DNA from: Octopus vulgaris
Taxonomy: Eukaryota
Direction: 5' to 3'
Assembly: GCA_951406725.2 (NCBI GenBank)
Contig: OX597839.1
Span: forward strand, 24,056,001-24,120,000
Length of the DNA stretch: 64,000 nucleotides
The notes below the pieces were generated by a model. That model was given only the letters and a program-made list of their open reading frames with translations, had not been told where the DNA came from and ran no database searches. Made by a program: the position numbers and the translations under genes. Each line of letters starts with the position of its first letter. Position 1 is the first letter of the stretch. This document shows, one piece after another, positions 24,262 to 38,774 of this stretch.

Positions 24262-25567
24262 TTAAAGGTGGTGCTCCAGCATGGCCACACTCCAAAGTCT
24301 GAAACAAGCAAGCAATAAAAGGCAACCCAGATAGAGTGGAATTAGTCACAATTCTTTGAAGCACATTTGAAACACGACTGAAATAAAATCTCTGTTATTT
24401 GAGCCAAACCAAAATAATAAGAGTAATCCTTTCTGTCCTAAAGCACAAAACCTGAAATTTTATGAGAAGGGAGCTAGCAGATTACATTGACCCCAGTACT
24501 TAAATGGTACTTGTTTCATCGACCCTGAAAGGATCAAAGGCACCTATACACACAAACAACATCATCGACCATGGGTGCACCCAAGAAGTTCCCCTCCAGG
24601 GTACAGGTCTGGGCAGAAAGTCGCCTCACCAGCGAACGCAAAATTTAGGGTTGCTTTTATGGAAGATCAGCAGTCACCCGTGCATACCAGCCTCCACTCT
24701 CTAAGCCACCAATGTTATCCAAGGGAAAGGTAAAGGCCGATACGGCTTGGCACCAGTGACGTCACAACTCATTTCTACAGCTGAGTGAACTGAGTGCTCA
24801 AGAACACAACACACAGCCAAGTCCAGGAATCAAACTCACAACCTCACGATCATAAGCTCGATGCTCTAACCACTGAGCCATGCGCCTTCACTCACCAAAA
24901 CTAATAGACTAAAGAAGGTAGTGAGTTTAGTAGTGGCAGAGAATATGGAATTTGAAGTAAGATGACTACCGAGTAATGAAAGCAAATCAAACAGAAGAAT
25001 GAGCAATGGACTATGATGGAAGAGGAGGAGGAGGAGGATTCTTGGAGAGAGAAAAAGAATACAGAGTGGATTGGTCAGTACTGGACAGAAGAAGAAGAAG
25101 AAGAAAAGATCTGAAGAATCGGTGCAAATATGTGTTGAAACAAAAGTGTGGTATTGATTTCAAAGAGCTGGCAGTGGTAACCAAAGAACTCTGTTTGCAA
25201 CCTGAGAGAGTAAAAATCACTTGAGATGATTGGAGAATCAAAAAACAGACTCTTCAAAAAGGACGGAAAAGAGATTTTATCATCAGGAGATAAATTGGAA
25301 TACAGACAAAGATGTATGTGTCTCCCAAATGTGGAAGAAGAGAGTGAAAGATTCTGGAATATGATACGGAAGGATGGAGGAAACATGCACCACTAACGTA
25401 GAGTGGTTGGTTATGCAACATGAATGAAATCAAAGAAAATCCTTGGCAAAAGGACATTAAGATAAGCAAGGAGGATGTTTTGAGTGAGGGATCACAAGGA
25501 AATCCCAGGCTGGCTGGCCAGAGGCAGGATTGTGTGAGAAAGGAACATCAAAGGGAAATCTGTTTAT

Positions 25568-26045
25568 GTTAGTTAGTTAGTTAATTTGGCTCAAAAGCAA
25601 ATAGCAAGGCCATGTAGGGGGACATGGAGTTAAGTACAGGGTGGTGTTCATGTAAAGAGTTCAGGCCACTTGAGGTCAAGGGAGACTTTGAACCGAGCGG
25701 TTGTCGGCATCTTCACCATCTCGTCTGGCAGCTTATTCCACGGATCCGCAACCCGGACGGAGAAAGCTCCTCTCCTTCGATTGAGATGAAATCGTCGCAG
25801 GTAGAGCTTTTCGGAATGACCCCGCAGCCGACGCTCTGGAGCAGGAGTGAAGAACAGCTCTTTCGAGAGGTTACACTTTCCGCTTATGATGTTGTGAGCA
25901 AGAATGAGATCACCACGGTGGTGGCGTTTTTCTAGAGAATAAAGGTCGAGCGTCCTCAGCCTTTCTTCATAAGACAAATTTTTGAGACCATGAACCATGC
26001 GGGTAGCCAGCTTCTGGACTCTTTCGAGGTGCTGTATGTCTTTAT
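25568..26045 (-). mobile_element. 5'-truncated CR1-clade LINE, ORF2 C-terminus plus 3'UTR
   Basis: Open frame HLERVQKLATRMVHGLKNLSYEERLRTLDLYSLEKR..RGDLI..RGH..FSVRV..WNKLP is the typical CR1 C-terminal signature; ends in a (TAAC)n tail. Confidence 0.9.
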
Positions 26046-26292
26046 CTGGGTGAACCCATCATGTGGAAGCTGTTAAGTGGAATTCTGGCAGATGAACTGT
26101 GCATTCATGGACCAGATTAATATTGTACTAGAAGAGCAAAAAGGGCACAATTAGAGGAACCAAAGACCAACTAATCATGGATAAGATAGGGCTGAAAAAC
26201 TGTAAAAAGAGCAAAAACCAACTTAGGGACAGCATGGATATGATATCGTTCGTCAATTGTGGAGTCTGGAGTGATTGAAAATATTTGGAATT

Positions 26293-26453
26293 GCACAGGA
26301 GTTGCTGTGTGGTAAGTAGCCTGCTAACCAACCACATGGTTCCAGGTTCAGTCCCACTGCGTGGCATCTTGGGCAAGTGTCTTCTGCTATAGCCCCGGGC
26401 CGACCAATGCCTTGTGGGTGGATTTGGTAGACAGAAACTGAAAGAAGCCTGTC

Positions 26454-26502
<49 letters not shown>

Positions 26503-26724
26503 GTGTGTGTGTGTGTGTGTGTGTGTTTGTCCCTCTAGTATTGCTTGACAACCGATGCTGGTGTGTTTATGTCCCCATTACTTAGTGGTTCGGCAAAAGA
26601 GACCGATAGAATAAGTACTGGGCTTACAAAAGAATAAGTCCCGGGGTCGAGTTGCTCGATTAAAGGCGGTGCTCCAGCCTGGCTGCAGTTAAATGACTGA
26701 AACAAGTAAAAGAGATAAAAGAGA
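26293..26724 (+). mobile_element. SINE family A with internal (TA)n(TG)n
   Basis: Full head, central microsatellite and gactgaaacaagtaaaaagag tail; high similarity to 23105-23478. Confidence 0.88.
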
Positions 26725-26739
26725 CTATTGTTAACCCAT

Positions 26740-27500
26740 TCAAGAACAACTGAGCTCGCATCTGGGAGGCAAAAGCTTAGGTTTGTCAACATCAAACATG
26801 GAATATGTCAAGGAGATAGCTTGTCACCATTGCTTTTTGTATTGTGTGTGACACTACTGATTTTGAGGAAAGAAAAGACAAGATCTATCATCCTCTTTTT
26901 GTGGATGACCCAAAATTCTATGGAAAAGATGAAAACCAGCTAAATTCATTGATTCTGGCAGTGTACTGCTTTAGCTTGGAATTTGGACTGAAAGTCTGTG
27001 GATTGTTGATTCTTAAAAAAAAAAAAGGTGAAGTCCAACAAATGGATGGCGTGAAGTTGTTCATGAGAGGAAGAAGTGAAGAGAACAGACAAGGAAGGAT
27101 ATTGGTACCGGGACATATTGGAAGTCAGTGAATTGATGGGAATCCAAATGAGTGAAGATATTCTCCTGAGGGTATTACAGAAGGCCGGAAATGATATTGA
27201 AAAATAAATCGAATGGGAAGGATAAGTTGGAAGCAGTAAATTCATGGTCAACTGTTCTCTTGCGATATAAAACCTGATGGAAAACAGAGGAACGACAATC
27301 CTTGGATAGGAAAACAAGAAGACAACACATAATATTCTAACAGAAAAATGATGTTGATGGTCTACACCTTACAAGAAAGGAAAGCAGGTGAGAATAGGTA
27401 AGTTGCAAGAATTGCATTCAGATACAGGAAAACAATATTGCTTGCTATATAAAGAATGCCAAGGAAGAATTACTTGAAAAAGTGTCTCAAATGAAAGAGG
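26740..27500 (+). mobile_element. Degenerate non-LTR reverse transcriptase fragment (R4/Dong/NeSL-like)
   Basis: Frameshifted motifs GICQGDSLSPLLFVLC, HPLFVDDPKFYGKDENQL and LEFGLKVCG resemble GIFQGDSLSP / HLLFMDDLKLY / FGLDKC of restriction-like-endonuclease LINEs. Confidence 0.75.
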
Positions 27501-27549
27501 AGGTGGTTAGCTACATCAACTGATTCCAGTATTTGGTTGGTATTTCAGG

Positions 27550-27789
27550 TATGTAAGGCAGCGAGTTGGCAGAATCATCAGCACGTCGGGCGAAATGCTT
27601 AGCGGTATTTCGGCTGCCGTTACGTTGTGAGTTCAAATTCCGCCGAAGTCGACTTTGCCTTTCATCCTTTCGGGGTCGATAAATTAAGTACCAGTTAAGC
27701 ACTGGGGGTCGATATAATCGACTTAATACCTTATGTCTGTCCATGTTTGTCGCCTCTGTGTTTAGCCCCTTGTGGGTAATAATGAAATA
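27550..27789 (+). mobile_element. tRNA-derived SINE family B, full length (central gcctttcatcctttcggggtcgataaattaagtaccag, Meta-domain-like by recall)
   Basis: A/B-box-like head (gagttggcagaatc; gagttcaaattcc); 15-bp TSD ggttggtatttcagg (27535-27549, 27790-27804). Confidence 0.88.
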
Positions 27790-28741
27790 GGTTGGTATTT
27801 CAGGGACTACAAAATGACGGGAGATAAAACTGATGCTAGAGTGACTTACATCTACGCCTTAACCATCTCAACCAAATACTGCAAAGCAGTCTTTCCACCA
27901 CGCTTATGATTCTGCTAACCCCTGTTGCCATTCTTAGAAGTAATTTCATACAGAAGTAAAAAGCACTGGTGATGGTACGGTCTAAAAAGCAGCCAGTACC
28001 CTCTGTAGAATAGCTGGCGTTAGGAAGGGCATTCAGCTGTGGGAACCATGTCAAATCAGACGACTGGAACTCAGTGTGATTCCTGGCCATGCCAGCCCCT
28101 GCCAAATCGTTCAAAACATACCAATTTGGAAAACTGACATTAAACGATGAAGAAATAATACAAGACCAAAAATCTGGCAGAAGAAGGTTAGACATTTTTT
28201 TTTTTTTTTTTGGAACCAACCCCAGAATTTGACTGATCTTTATCTCGTCAGTCCCAGGGGAATGAAAAATAAAATCGTGGCATTTGAATGTAGAACGCAG
28301 AGGATCATATTTTGTCTGAGAGTCAAATGATTTTACGCATCCACTTCTATCTCAAAAATTAATTAAAACAGTGTATTTTAGCAAAAATATGCTAACGAAA
28401 GGGTTAATAAAAAGGAAAGCTAATTGGCACAGTTAATGCTAGCAACAACAACAACAACAACAACAGGATTAGAGTTTATAATATAGCTACAGCTTATTTG
28501 TACCTTGACCTATATCACGAACACACTTGTTAAATGGAAGCACTTCAGGGTTAGAAACCAATTTATTACACAGTATTTATTTATTTATTTATATAGTCGG
28601 GGGGTGGGGTGGGGTGGGAAAGTACTTATCTTTATTTATAAAAATGAATCTTTTTCACAATTGTTGAGGTTTAAAAACTGATGTCATTGATTTGTGTCAC
28701 ATTTCTTTATTGTTGCTAAACATCTGACAGTCTTTTTTTTA

Positions 28742-28950
<209 letters not shown>

Positions 28951-30171
28951 TTCATGTATCTCTCTCTCTCTCTCTGTCTAAATACACACACTTACACAAA
29001 ATAATGTTTCCTTGGTCTCAAACTTGGCTGAGTGGTAAGAAGCTTGCTTCCCAACCACATGGTTCCAGTTTCAGTCCCACTGTGCAACACCTTGGGCTGA
29101 CCAAAGCCTTGTGAGGGGATTTGGTAGATGGAAACTGAAAGAAGCCCATCATATGTGTGTGTGTGTGTGTGTGTGTGTGTATTTGTCCCCCACCACCATT
29201 TGACAACCAGTGTCTATATATATATATATCCCTCTCTCTCTTTCGGAGAGGCACAAGCACCTACACGCACACATACACACACGGCAGTAACTTCCACCTA
29301 CCGAATTCAATCACAAAGCTCCGGTCAGCTCGGGGCTATAGTGGAAGACACCTACCCAAAGTGCCACGCAGTGGGACTGAACCCGAAACCATGTAGCTAG
29401 GAAGCAAGCTCCCTAACCACACAGCCATGCCCATTCACACACACAAAGAAAGGATCTTTCTTGGGGTTACATGACTGAGTGGTTAGGGGTGTTGGACTCA
29501 TGATTGTCAGATTGTGGTTTCAATTCCTGGACCAGACAATGTGTTATGTTTTTGAGCAAAACACTTCCTTTTAAGTTGTTCTGGTGTGCTCAGCTGGTAA
29601 AAACGAGTAATCGTGCGATGGACTGGCATCCCATCCAAGAGGAGTATTCACACCAGAGACTCAGAGAACTTGGCACTATGGGTCTGTTACTTGGGAAGGG
29701 ACCTATATCCTTTTCTAAAACCTCCCATGGAGGGGCAGAACTACAGAGATTACAACGCAACCATGCCTTTCTTGAAAGCCATCAACAGCTTATTGTTGTC
29801 CAAAACAAAAAACAGTATGTACTTAGATAATGAACCACCATCTGGTGTTTAACTGATAACACACGTTTTACAGTGATTGCCATGGAAGGAAATACTTTAC
29901 TAGCTCAGTGTATACATCTTTAAAACATCCAACAAACACCACCTTAAAATAACACAGTTGTTATTACATTAATCATTTAGCATTCAGATTATTCTGTCAA
30001 ATGTAATTCCTATTTATTCACATTGTTTTGAATTAATCACGCATTATCTCAGGGCTTTGAGCTGGTTTATTTTCAGATGACATTGTCGGGGAGGTGTGAA
30101 AGGCCAGTTATGGCCAGTTTGAACAGGTAGAATATTAGGGTTGGATATGGTTGATTCAACCCTTTAACATT

Positions 30172-30545
30172 GGATGGAAGCACTCCATCGGTTACGACGA
30201 CGAGGGTTCCGGTTGATCCGAATCAACGGAACAGCCTGCTCATGAAATTAACGTGTAAGTGACTGAGCACTACACAGACACGTGCACCCTTAACGTAGTT
30301 CTCGGGGATATTCAGCGTGACACAGAGAGTGACAAGGCCGGCCCTTTGAAAATACAGGTACAACAGAAACAGGAAGTAAGAGTGAGATAAAGTTGTGGTG
30401 AAAGAGTACAGCAGGGATCACCACAATCCCCTGCCAGAGCCTCGTGGAGCTTTAGGTGTTTTCGCTCAATAAACACACACAACACCTGGTCTGGGAATCG
30501 AAACCGCGAGTCTGCTGCCCTAACCACTGGGCCATTGCTCCTCCA
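30172..30545 (-). mobile_element. tRNA-derived SINE family C
   Basis: Same family as 7713-8101 with a small deletion in the head; TSD-like accctttaa(a)catt. Confidence 0.88.
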
Positions 30546-31637
30546 CCCTTTAAACATTAAGATTACTCTGTCAAATGTAATCCTTATTTATTGCCATTTT
30601 TTGGGATTAATCCTGCATTATCTCCTAGCTTTGAGATTTCACTGATGGGACTGCTTATTTCAAGCATGATATTGTGGGTTATGTGTGAGAGCAAATGTGA
30701 ATGAACTTAATGGTTAAAAGCTTAACTTTGGCAGAGAACCCTCTAAAGGTGGTACCAAGATAAAGCATAAACTAACCACAGAAAACCAATGATTCAAAGA
30801 CCTGAAAACAGTTGCTTTTGTGTGGTGTGGACAACTGGTTTGAGTAGTGGTGAGTATAAATATATGTATAGACGGAAACTGAAAGAAGACTTATTATTCT
30901 TAACCCAGAACATTCACAATGAAACACAGGCCTCAACATATCTGGAATGTACTGGCAAGACAGTTTGTAGGAAATTTAAACTGTGAGACTCACATACACG
31001 CTGTGTGTGTGGGAAAGAGAGAGAGAACGTGACTTTTCATAACAAAGTGGTAGACAGTCAACTTGGCTCATAGACGTCTGATACAATAGAATCTGGCTGA
31101 CAGGGCCGGAAACTTTTAAAACCTCTTTGTTTATCAAGGGCTAGGAACTAACAATCCCTGGTAAGAAACTGTTAAAGAGCCAATAAGAAAAAGCAAAAGA
31201 TTTCTGAGATTAACCCTTTGCTTCTCCAAGTCATTTTCCTAAGTCTGTCCTAGACTTAGGACAGACTACCTGTTTTCAGATTTTTTAATTAGCTCCTTTC
31301 ATATATTGTGCATAACATGAAGCTTTTCTTCCCTAAGTTTCAAGTTACTCTGGCAGTTGAAACAAAATTAGGAATGTGTATAATAAATGATACACACATG
31401 CCAGAGAAATATGTTGTGTGTCATGTGGGATACATAGGAGAGGAGAAGAATTCAAACTGACAGGTTTTTTTCCCAGGGATGTGAGAGAGAAATCAACAAC
31501 ATAATGCATTAATTACTAATCTAGTTTTGGTCAAGAGAAAGGAAAGAGTTAAATGTTGCCAGCGAGGAACTTGCTTCAGCACAGGGTGTATAAACTGACA
31601 ACTTGTGTATATCAGATGTATTAATAAATATTGGAAG

Positions 31638-31831
31638 CTCTTTTACTTGTTTCAGTCATTTGACAGCGGCCATGCTGGAGCACCGCCTTTAGTCGAGCAA
31701 ATCGACCCCAGGACTTATTCTTTTGTAAGCCTAGTACTTATTCTATCGGTCTCTTTTGCCGAACCGCTAAGTGACGGGGACATAAACACACCAGCATCGG
31801 TTGTCAAACAATGCTAGGGGGACAGACACAT

Positions 31832-31893
<62 letters not shown>

Positions 31894-32051
31894 CAGGCTT
31901 CTTTCAGTTTCCATCTACCAAATCCACTCACAAGGCATTGGTCGGCCCGGGGCTATAACAGAAGACACTTGCCCAAGATGCCATGCAGTGGGACTGAACC
32001 TGGAACCATGTGGTTGGTTAGCAAGCTACTTACCACACAGCCGCTCCTGCG
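31638..32051 (-). mobile_element. SINE family A with internal microsatellite
   Basis: Full-length reverse copy of the same family. Confidence 0.88.
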
Positions 32052-33162
32052 TTTGTATTAAAATGAGAACAGGTCATTCACATATGAGGATTATATAAAT
32101 GCACTTATATAAAAGGATTAAAGTCAGATTTTATTTTCATAAGGTTTGAAGACTGGGTGGCCGTATCGTAAGAAGTTTGCTTTCCAACCACATGGTTCCG
32201 GCTTCAGACCCCTGCATGACACCTTAAGCACGTGTCTTCTACTATAGACACAGACCAATCAAAGCCTCGTGAGTGGATTTGGTAGGCGAAAACTGAAAGA
32301 AGTCTGTTGTGCATGTATTTGTCATTGTGCCTGACCCTTACTATCGCTTTGCAACTGGTGTCGATGTGTTTATGTACCCAAACGTTAGCAGTTCAGCAAA
32401 TGAGACCAAAAAAAAAAAAAAAAAAACTAATTGGGTTAATTCATCCGACTAAAAATTCGAGGTGCTCCAGCATGGCAGCAGTCAAGTGACTGAAATAAGT
32501 TGACTTATTAAAAAAAAAAAGATAAAAAGGATACTAACAAGAGATGACTGTTCAAACTGCTAGAAACAGTAGTCAAATGTCCCTCCAATCACAATACACT
32601 CTTTAAAAAAAAAGGGGCGGGTCATTAGGTACACTAAGACAGATGCGGGTGGGGACAAGAGAATAAGGGTTTGGACACTGCTTGATGAGGGCTGTTTTGG
32701 GTCTAACTTCAGAATTATATGTAAAGACACACACAAGCAATATATCTTTTTCTTGTTTCAGCTATTCAACTGTGGCCATGCTGTGGCCCCACTTTGAAGA
32801 ATTTTAATTGATTGAATCAACCCCAGTAGCGTTTTTTTTTTTTTTTCTAATGGGGATGTACATACACCAACACCAGCTGTCAAGCGGTGGAGGGGAACAC
32901 ACACACACAGAGGCTTCTTTCAGTTTCCGTCTACCATATCCACTCACAGGGCTTTGGTAGGCTTGAGGTTATAATTGAAGACAGCTGCCCAAGCAAGGTA
33001 CCACGCAATGTGACACTGAACGTGGAACCATGTGGTTGGGAAGCAAGCTACTTACCACACAGCTAAATATATATAAAATTCCAGCATGGCCACAATCTAA
33101 TCACCGAACCAAGTATAATACAAACCACAGGAACGACAGGTTAGTAAAACCAAATTGCTTGC

Positions 33163-33194
<32 letters not shown>

Positions 33195-33538
33195 TAGTAT
33201 TATTATTGTTATTATGAAAAGCAAAATGTGTTGTTGTAACAGTGACATTGTCTAAGTGTTTAATTGAAAATACTTTAACAATGAAACAAATATTGACTCG
33301 CAGGAAGTCGGAATTAATAAAGGGAAAGAAGCGAAACGGGTGCTCATTGAGGCAGAATGAGGAGGGGACACAGCCGAGGGAGCCGGGTGGTGTCGATGAC
33401 GGCGGCGGAGGCGGATGCAGTAGGCTGACTCTTGTTCGCAGTCTTCGTCAGCTAAGGGGCAAGAAAATTGTTTATGGTAAAATAACTGAGAGGAATGCGA
33501 ATGAAGGAGAGAAAGGATTTTTGGTAACACAGATTATT

Positions 33539-33598
<60 letters not shown>

Positions 33599-34817
33599 AG
33601 ACGGAGGAATTTTCCCCAATGTGACAGCGAACAAAGAAGAATCTGGGGAAGAAAAGTGATGTAATTGCAACTTGAGCGGTATTGGCAGCTTATAATAGTG
33701 TGTATTGTAAAAATATTTTATATCCCTCCCAGCAGCTAATGGATTAATTTGATGTTTGAAGATGCTTTCTGTTGCATGTCTTCCTGAAATTGCAGACACA
33801 AGTGAACAGAGTAGAGATCGCCTATCATTCATTTCAGGAGAGAGAGATGAAGAGAGAGAGAGAAGCTTATATGATAAATCAGAAGGCCATGGTGACTACG
33901 ACGACATAATAGGACTCAACAGAAGGATAGTGTTTCATACATAATAATAACAACTTTAAGTATTACTGGCAATAGAAATACACACACACACGTACACAGA
34001 CACACACGTACGTGCATTGATTGTTACAAACAACGAACTATACAGCACGTACACACACGTGTGTAGAGAACCTCTGGAAACAGATTTATGATTAATATTT
34101 AACAAAACAACAACAAAAGGCACTAGAAATAATTGGTTTGTGTTGGAAGTATTTGCAAGCGATAAAAGACAGCCAGAGGATCAAAGCCGACGATGTTATA
34201 TTGCAAAAGAGACCATAAAAGAAAGACGGAGGGGAGAGAGAGAGAAAGAAAGAAAAAACAACATGAAGTAAACAGTCCTAGAAAAACACACACAAAAACC
34301 GTGCACCCGTTTTATGTTATGCAGCTTTTAAAGAAGGGTGGAGGGACAGGGGAAAAAAAAAAACACACCAGCCAACAATTTTTAGATGTATATCTGATAG
34401 GAAAAAGCTTTACATAAGAACAAAGCAGCCTTTCAGACATTATGAACGAGAATTCGGAAATATATACACACACACAAACCAAAGAGGATAAGAAAAAAAG
34501 AAATGGAAAAAAATGACAAGGAAGGTAGAAAGTTGGAGAAACTAAAAAGGATTGGATTAGAAGTGTTGTAATGCAGAAAGATATTTTTTCTGTTCGGCAT
34601 GTGACCAAGGAGGGAGAAAAAAAGAGAAAGAAGAATTATTATCGTTTTTTTCTTCTTTTCTGATTTTTTTTTCTTCACATAAAAGGTGGAAAAGAAACGA
34701 CGAAATTTGGGTGAAACAGTTCTGTGTTTAAATCACTAAAGTTTGAGAAAAGAGAAGGAAGAGATCTTAATAAAAACATAGGCCAAGAGGTGTGTGTGTG
34801 TATATATATATATGTAT

Positions 34818-34894
<77 letters not shown>

Positions 34895-37151
34895 ATCCAA
34901 ACAAGAAAACACAGAAAAAAACACAGCAACGCGAGGACGTGGAACAATTAAAGTATTATTTGACGATATATGTATATACATACATATATACACATACATA
35001 TATATACATACATATATACACATACACACACACATGTGTATACATGTTAGCTATAGCACCTCTGTATTGAAAAATCATGTACATTTATACTGTCTTTGTA
35101 GAAGTAGCTCTTGACTCTGGGGGAGAAAATGGAAAATAAACACCCCCCTTTTTATTTTTTATTCACTCCTCGAAACATTATTTCCAAGCAAATAAGTTCA
35201 GATATCGAAAAATTAAACAACTGCCCTGTAAGGAATATTAGAAATTAAATGTCACAATGGTTTATAATCAGAGTCACTACCCCATGTAGACAATATCTCT
35301 GTAGTGTGTGTGTGTGTATAATACTATTATTATCATCATTATAGATAGGGTTTTGATATACACACATGTGTGTGAGTGTGTGAAAAGAAAACAAGAAGCA
35401 AGCAGAAGCAGGTGCAAAAATGGTGCAGAAGAATGCTGGAAGTAAATGCGAATGGTACTGACGAAAAGATGGATAAATAGAGAGATTAGGAACGAATTCT
35501 AGAGAAATGAAATGACATTGTTAGACCACCAAGAAGTGGAAACAAAACCATCCAATTTCAACTTCAACCGACATGGGGAAAATATTAACTAGAAAATTCC
35601 AGAAAAATATTAGCACCATTACAGAGTGTGTGTGTGTGTGTGGTGTAACGACAAAATGGTTTTTAGGTATAATAATAATAATAATAAACCTTTATATCTA
35701 GTGTTTTTTTTTCTCTCTCCATCACCTTCAATTCCCAATCTTAATTTTCAAACCGACGGCGATGTATATGTCAGCGCGTGTATGTGTAGGGGTGGTCATG
35801 GAATTCGGGTTTAAGGCAAAAGAGAAAAAAAAAAAAAGAGAGGAAAAAAAAAGGTATTCAGATTAGTGCCACCTGAAATTTGTACCTGAGCATTATTCCG
35901 CGCACCTTCTTCCATTCTAGGTTCACATTACTTTCCTTTCTAGGTTCACATTACTTTCCTGACGAACCAGAAGCCAGAGTTTCTTTAAAGCACCGATGTC
36001 GCCAGCAAAACCACAGAAAATACAAAGCAACGAAATAAGCAATTCATACATACACCCGTACGAACGAACGAACCAACGCACGTACGTACGTGTGTATATC
36101 TATGCATATACGTATGTGTATACCCAGGTACGTGTATCTATGTATGACTATATTAAAGGAAGACGAAGTATAGCGAGTGTTCACCTTTCCACTGGTGGTA
36201 AAATTTGCTGCCCAACTCCAAGTGGAACTATGCTGTTATCATTATTATTATTATTATTATTATCAATCTTATCGTCATTATTATGTAAGCGAGGGCAGGT
36301 TCACAAGTGGAAACTAATAAACCAAGATGACTGTTGCCTATTACATCATGGTGATAATCGGGGTGGATGGTGTCCGGGTACGGGAAGAAGAAGACGAAGA
36401 AGAAAGAGATCTACGCAAAATAGTAGCGGAAGGTTGTTTGACTGATAGCGAAAGGGGGACTCGAAGCATGGTGTGTGTGTGTGTGTGTGTGTCGGAAGCT
36501 GCAAGCACTCCTAATTCACACACACATACAGGTATGGGAAATATAAGCAGAACTCGGCCCAGGGAATATACTGATATGCACCCATAGATGATGAATGGGT
36601 GTGAATATGTATGTATGTATATATATATATATATATTCATTCCTCGCATACAATCTACCCTTTTTCCATTGCTGAGGAGAGAGACGACGGAGAGAAAATG
36701 CTATGGATAATTTTGTTACTGTGACTACTGCTGTTCAACCTAGAGACAAGACCGTAATAAAAGGGTGGGTGTGTGTGTTTGATGGGGAAAATTGAAGATG
36801 GATAGGGCGAGTGAATTAGTCTATAGGTACAAGATGCTTGAGAGGAAGAGATACAGAGTATAAGACCCCGCCAAAAGGGGGGGTGGAGTGGAGCAGAATT
36901 GAAGTTGGGAGGGGGGGGGTAGTCGACAGTAAGCACCACCATCACAACCAGCACCACCACCCAGAGGCAGAAGAAAGAAAGAAAGAATGGTATAGAGCAG
37001 GAAAGCAAAAGGGAGTAGTTGCCAAACAAACAAGCAGATTAGAGGCGAATGACAAGAAGTCACGCAGCGACAAGTTGGCTACTCGATTTTAATTCACACT
37101 TAAACAACACTTGGTAAATAAACATTAGTTAGGAGCAGGTCGAAATGAGTA

Positions 37152-37182
<31 letters not shown>

Positions 37183-37199
37183 CTGTCTTCTAAGTATGT

Positions 37200-37686
37200 G
37201 ACATACATACATACATATCTATATACATACATACATATATATATCTATATACATACATACATATCTATATACATACATACATACATATATATCTATATAC
37301 ATACATACATATATATCTATATACATACATACATATATATCTATATACATACATACATATCTATATACATACATATCTATATACATACATATATATCTAT
37401 ATACATACATACATACATATATACTATATACATACATATATATCTATATACATACATATATATCTATATACATACATATCTATATACATATATATCTATA
37501 TACATACATACATATCTATATACATACATACATATCTATATACATACATACATATCTATATACATACATATCTATATACATACATACATATCTATATACA
37601 TACATATATATATCTATATACATACATATCTATATACATACATACATATCTATATACATATATATATATATATATATATGTATATG
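37200..37686. repeat. Compound (TACA)n/(TATC)/(TA)n satellite
   Basis: Repeated catacatatctatata-type units. Confidence 0.92.
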
Positions 37687-38099
37687 TGAGGATTGACAGA
37701 TTTAATGAAGAACGAACCAGTGGTGACGAGTTCGGAGCAGCAGAATAGCGAATAATGGCTTAGTAAAATACATAAATAAATAATGTAATACTAGAAAAAG
37801 CAGCAGAGGCAAGTATTTAAAGATAGATGATGATCAGTTCTAGAGAGAAATATATAGAAAGATGGAGAGAGAGGAAAGGAGAATTAGCTGCCGTCTCTTG
37901 TATCTAACCAGACCGAAAGTGCTGCTGCTGTTAATGGTGATGGTGGTGGTGGTGGTGGTTCGATGTAAGCTTAAGTAGGAGATCAGAACGGAAACTATCA
38001 ACATGATAGACAAGCTTAGGTACACATACACAACCACTCGACTTAGTTCAATACTGTGTGTTGGACTGCTGCTTTGCAGCGATGCTGTGAAAATCCTTG

Positions 38100-38137
<38 letters not shown>

Positions 38138-38735
38138 ACAACTAGGTTTCTAGGTAGCTGCCATAGACTCTCTCTCACAAGACAACCTGATATGAATGAC
38201 GAAGTTCGGACAAGAAAGATGAAGAGAAAGATAGAGAGAGAGACACATGCACAGAGAGAGACACATGCAGATAGAGAGAGAGGGAGAAAGTTAAGGGGGT
38301 GGAGCGGGGCTAATAGTCTAGAGAGAGAGAGAGAGAGTGAGTAGTGATAGGAGAGACGACGGCTATAAGGGTTTGTTTGTCGGATGGTGGAGAAAAGATG
38401 ACGGTGCCGTCAGCAATGGCTAAGATGATGACTGCAACGAAGAAAACGACTGACACAACCTAACACACGAAGATAGAAGCAGAAGAAGAAGCGTAAATGG
38501 TAACAAACTGATAAACAAATAAGAGACGGGTTTAGGGGTTTTGTAATGGAGCGGAATGGCAGATTAGTAAAACTGCTAGGTTGGGGGAGAATTTGCCAAC
38601 ACCCGCCTCACGGTCCGTGTGGTTTATTATTAAATCAAGAGCACCGTTAGAGAAGCAAGGTTGAGGTTACGAGTGTTAAGGGAGGAGCAGCAAAACACGG
38701 CCTGTACCCCACCTTGCTCGATTGCAGAGACGGGC

Positions 38736-38774
<39 letters not shown>

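Noticed and set aside
37198-37689. 163-aa YIH-rich ORF (and similar ORFs at 40118-40687, 59888-60466)
   Set aside because: Microsatellite translations.
38654-38728. Stem-loop closed by agcaaggt/accttgct
   Set aside because: Only 8 contiguous bp plus interrupted pairing; within chance expectation.
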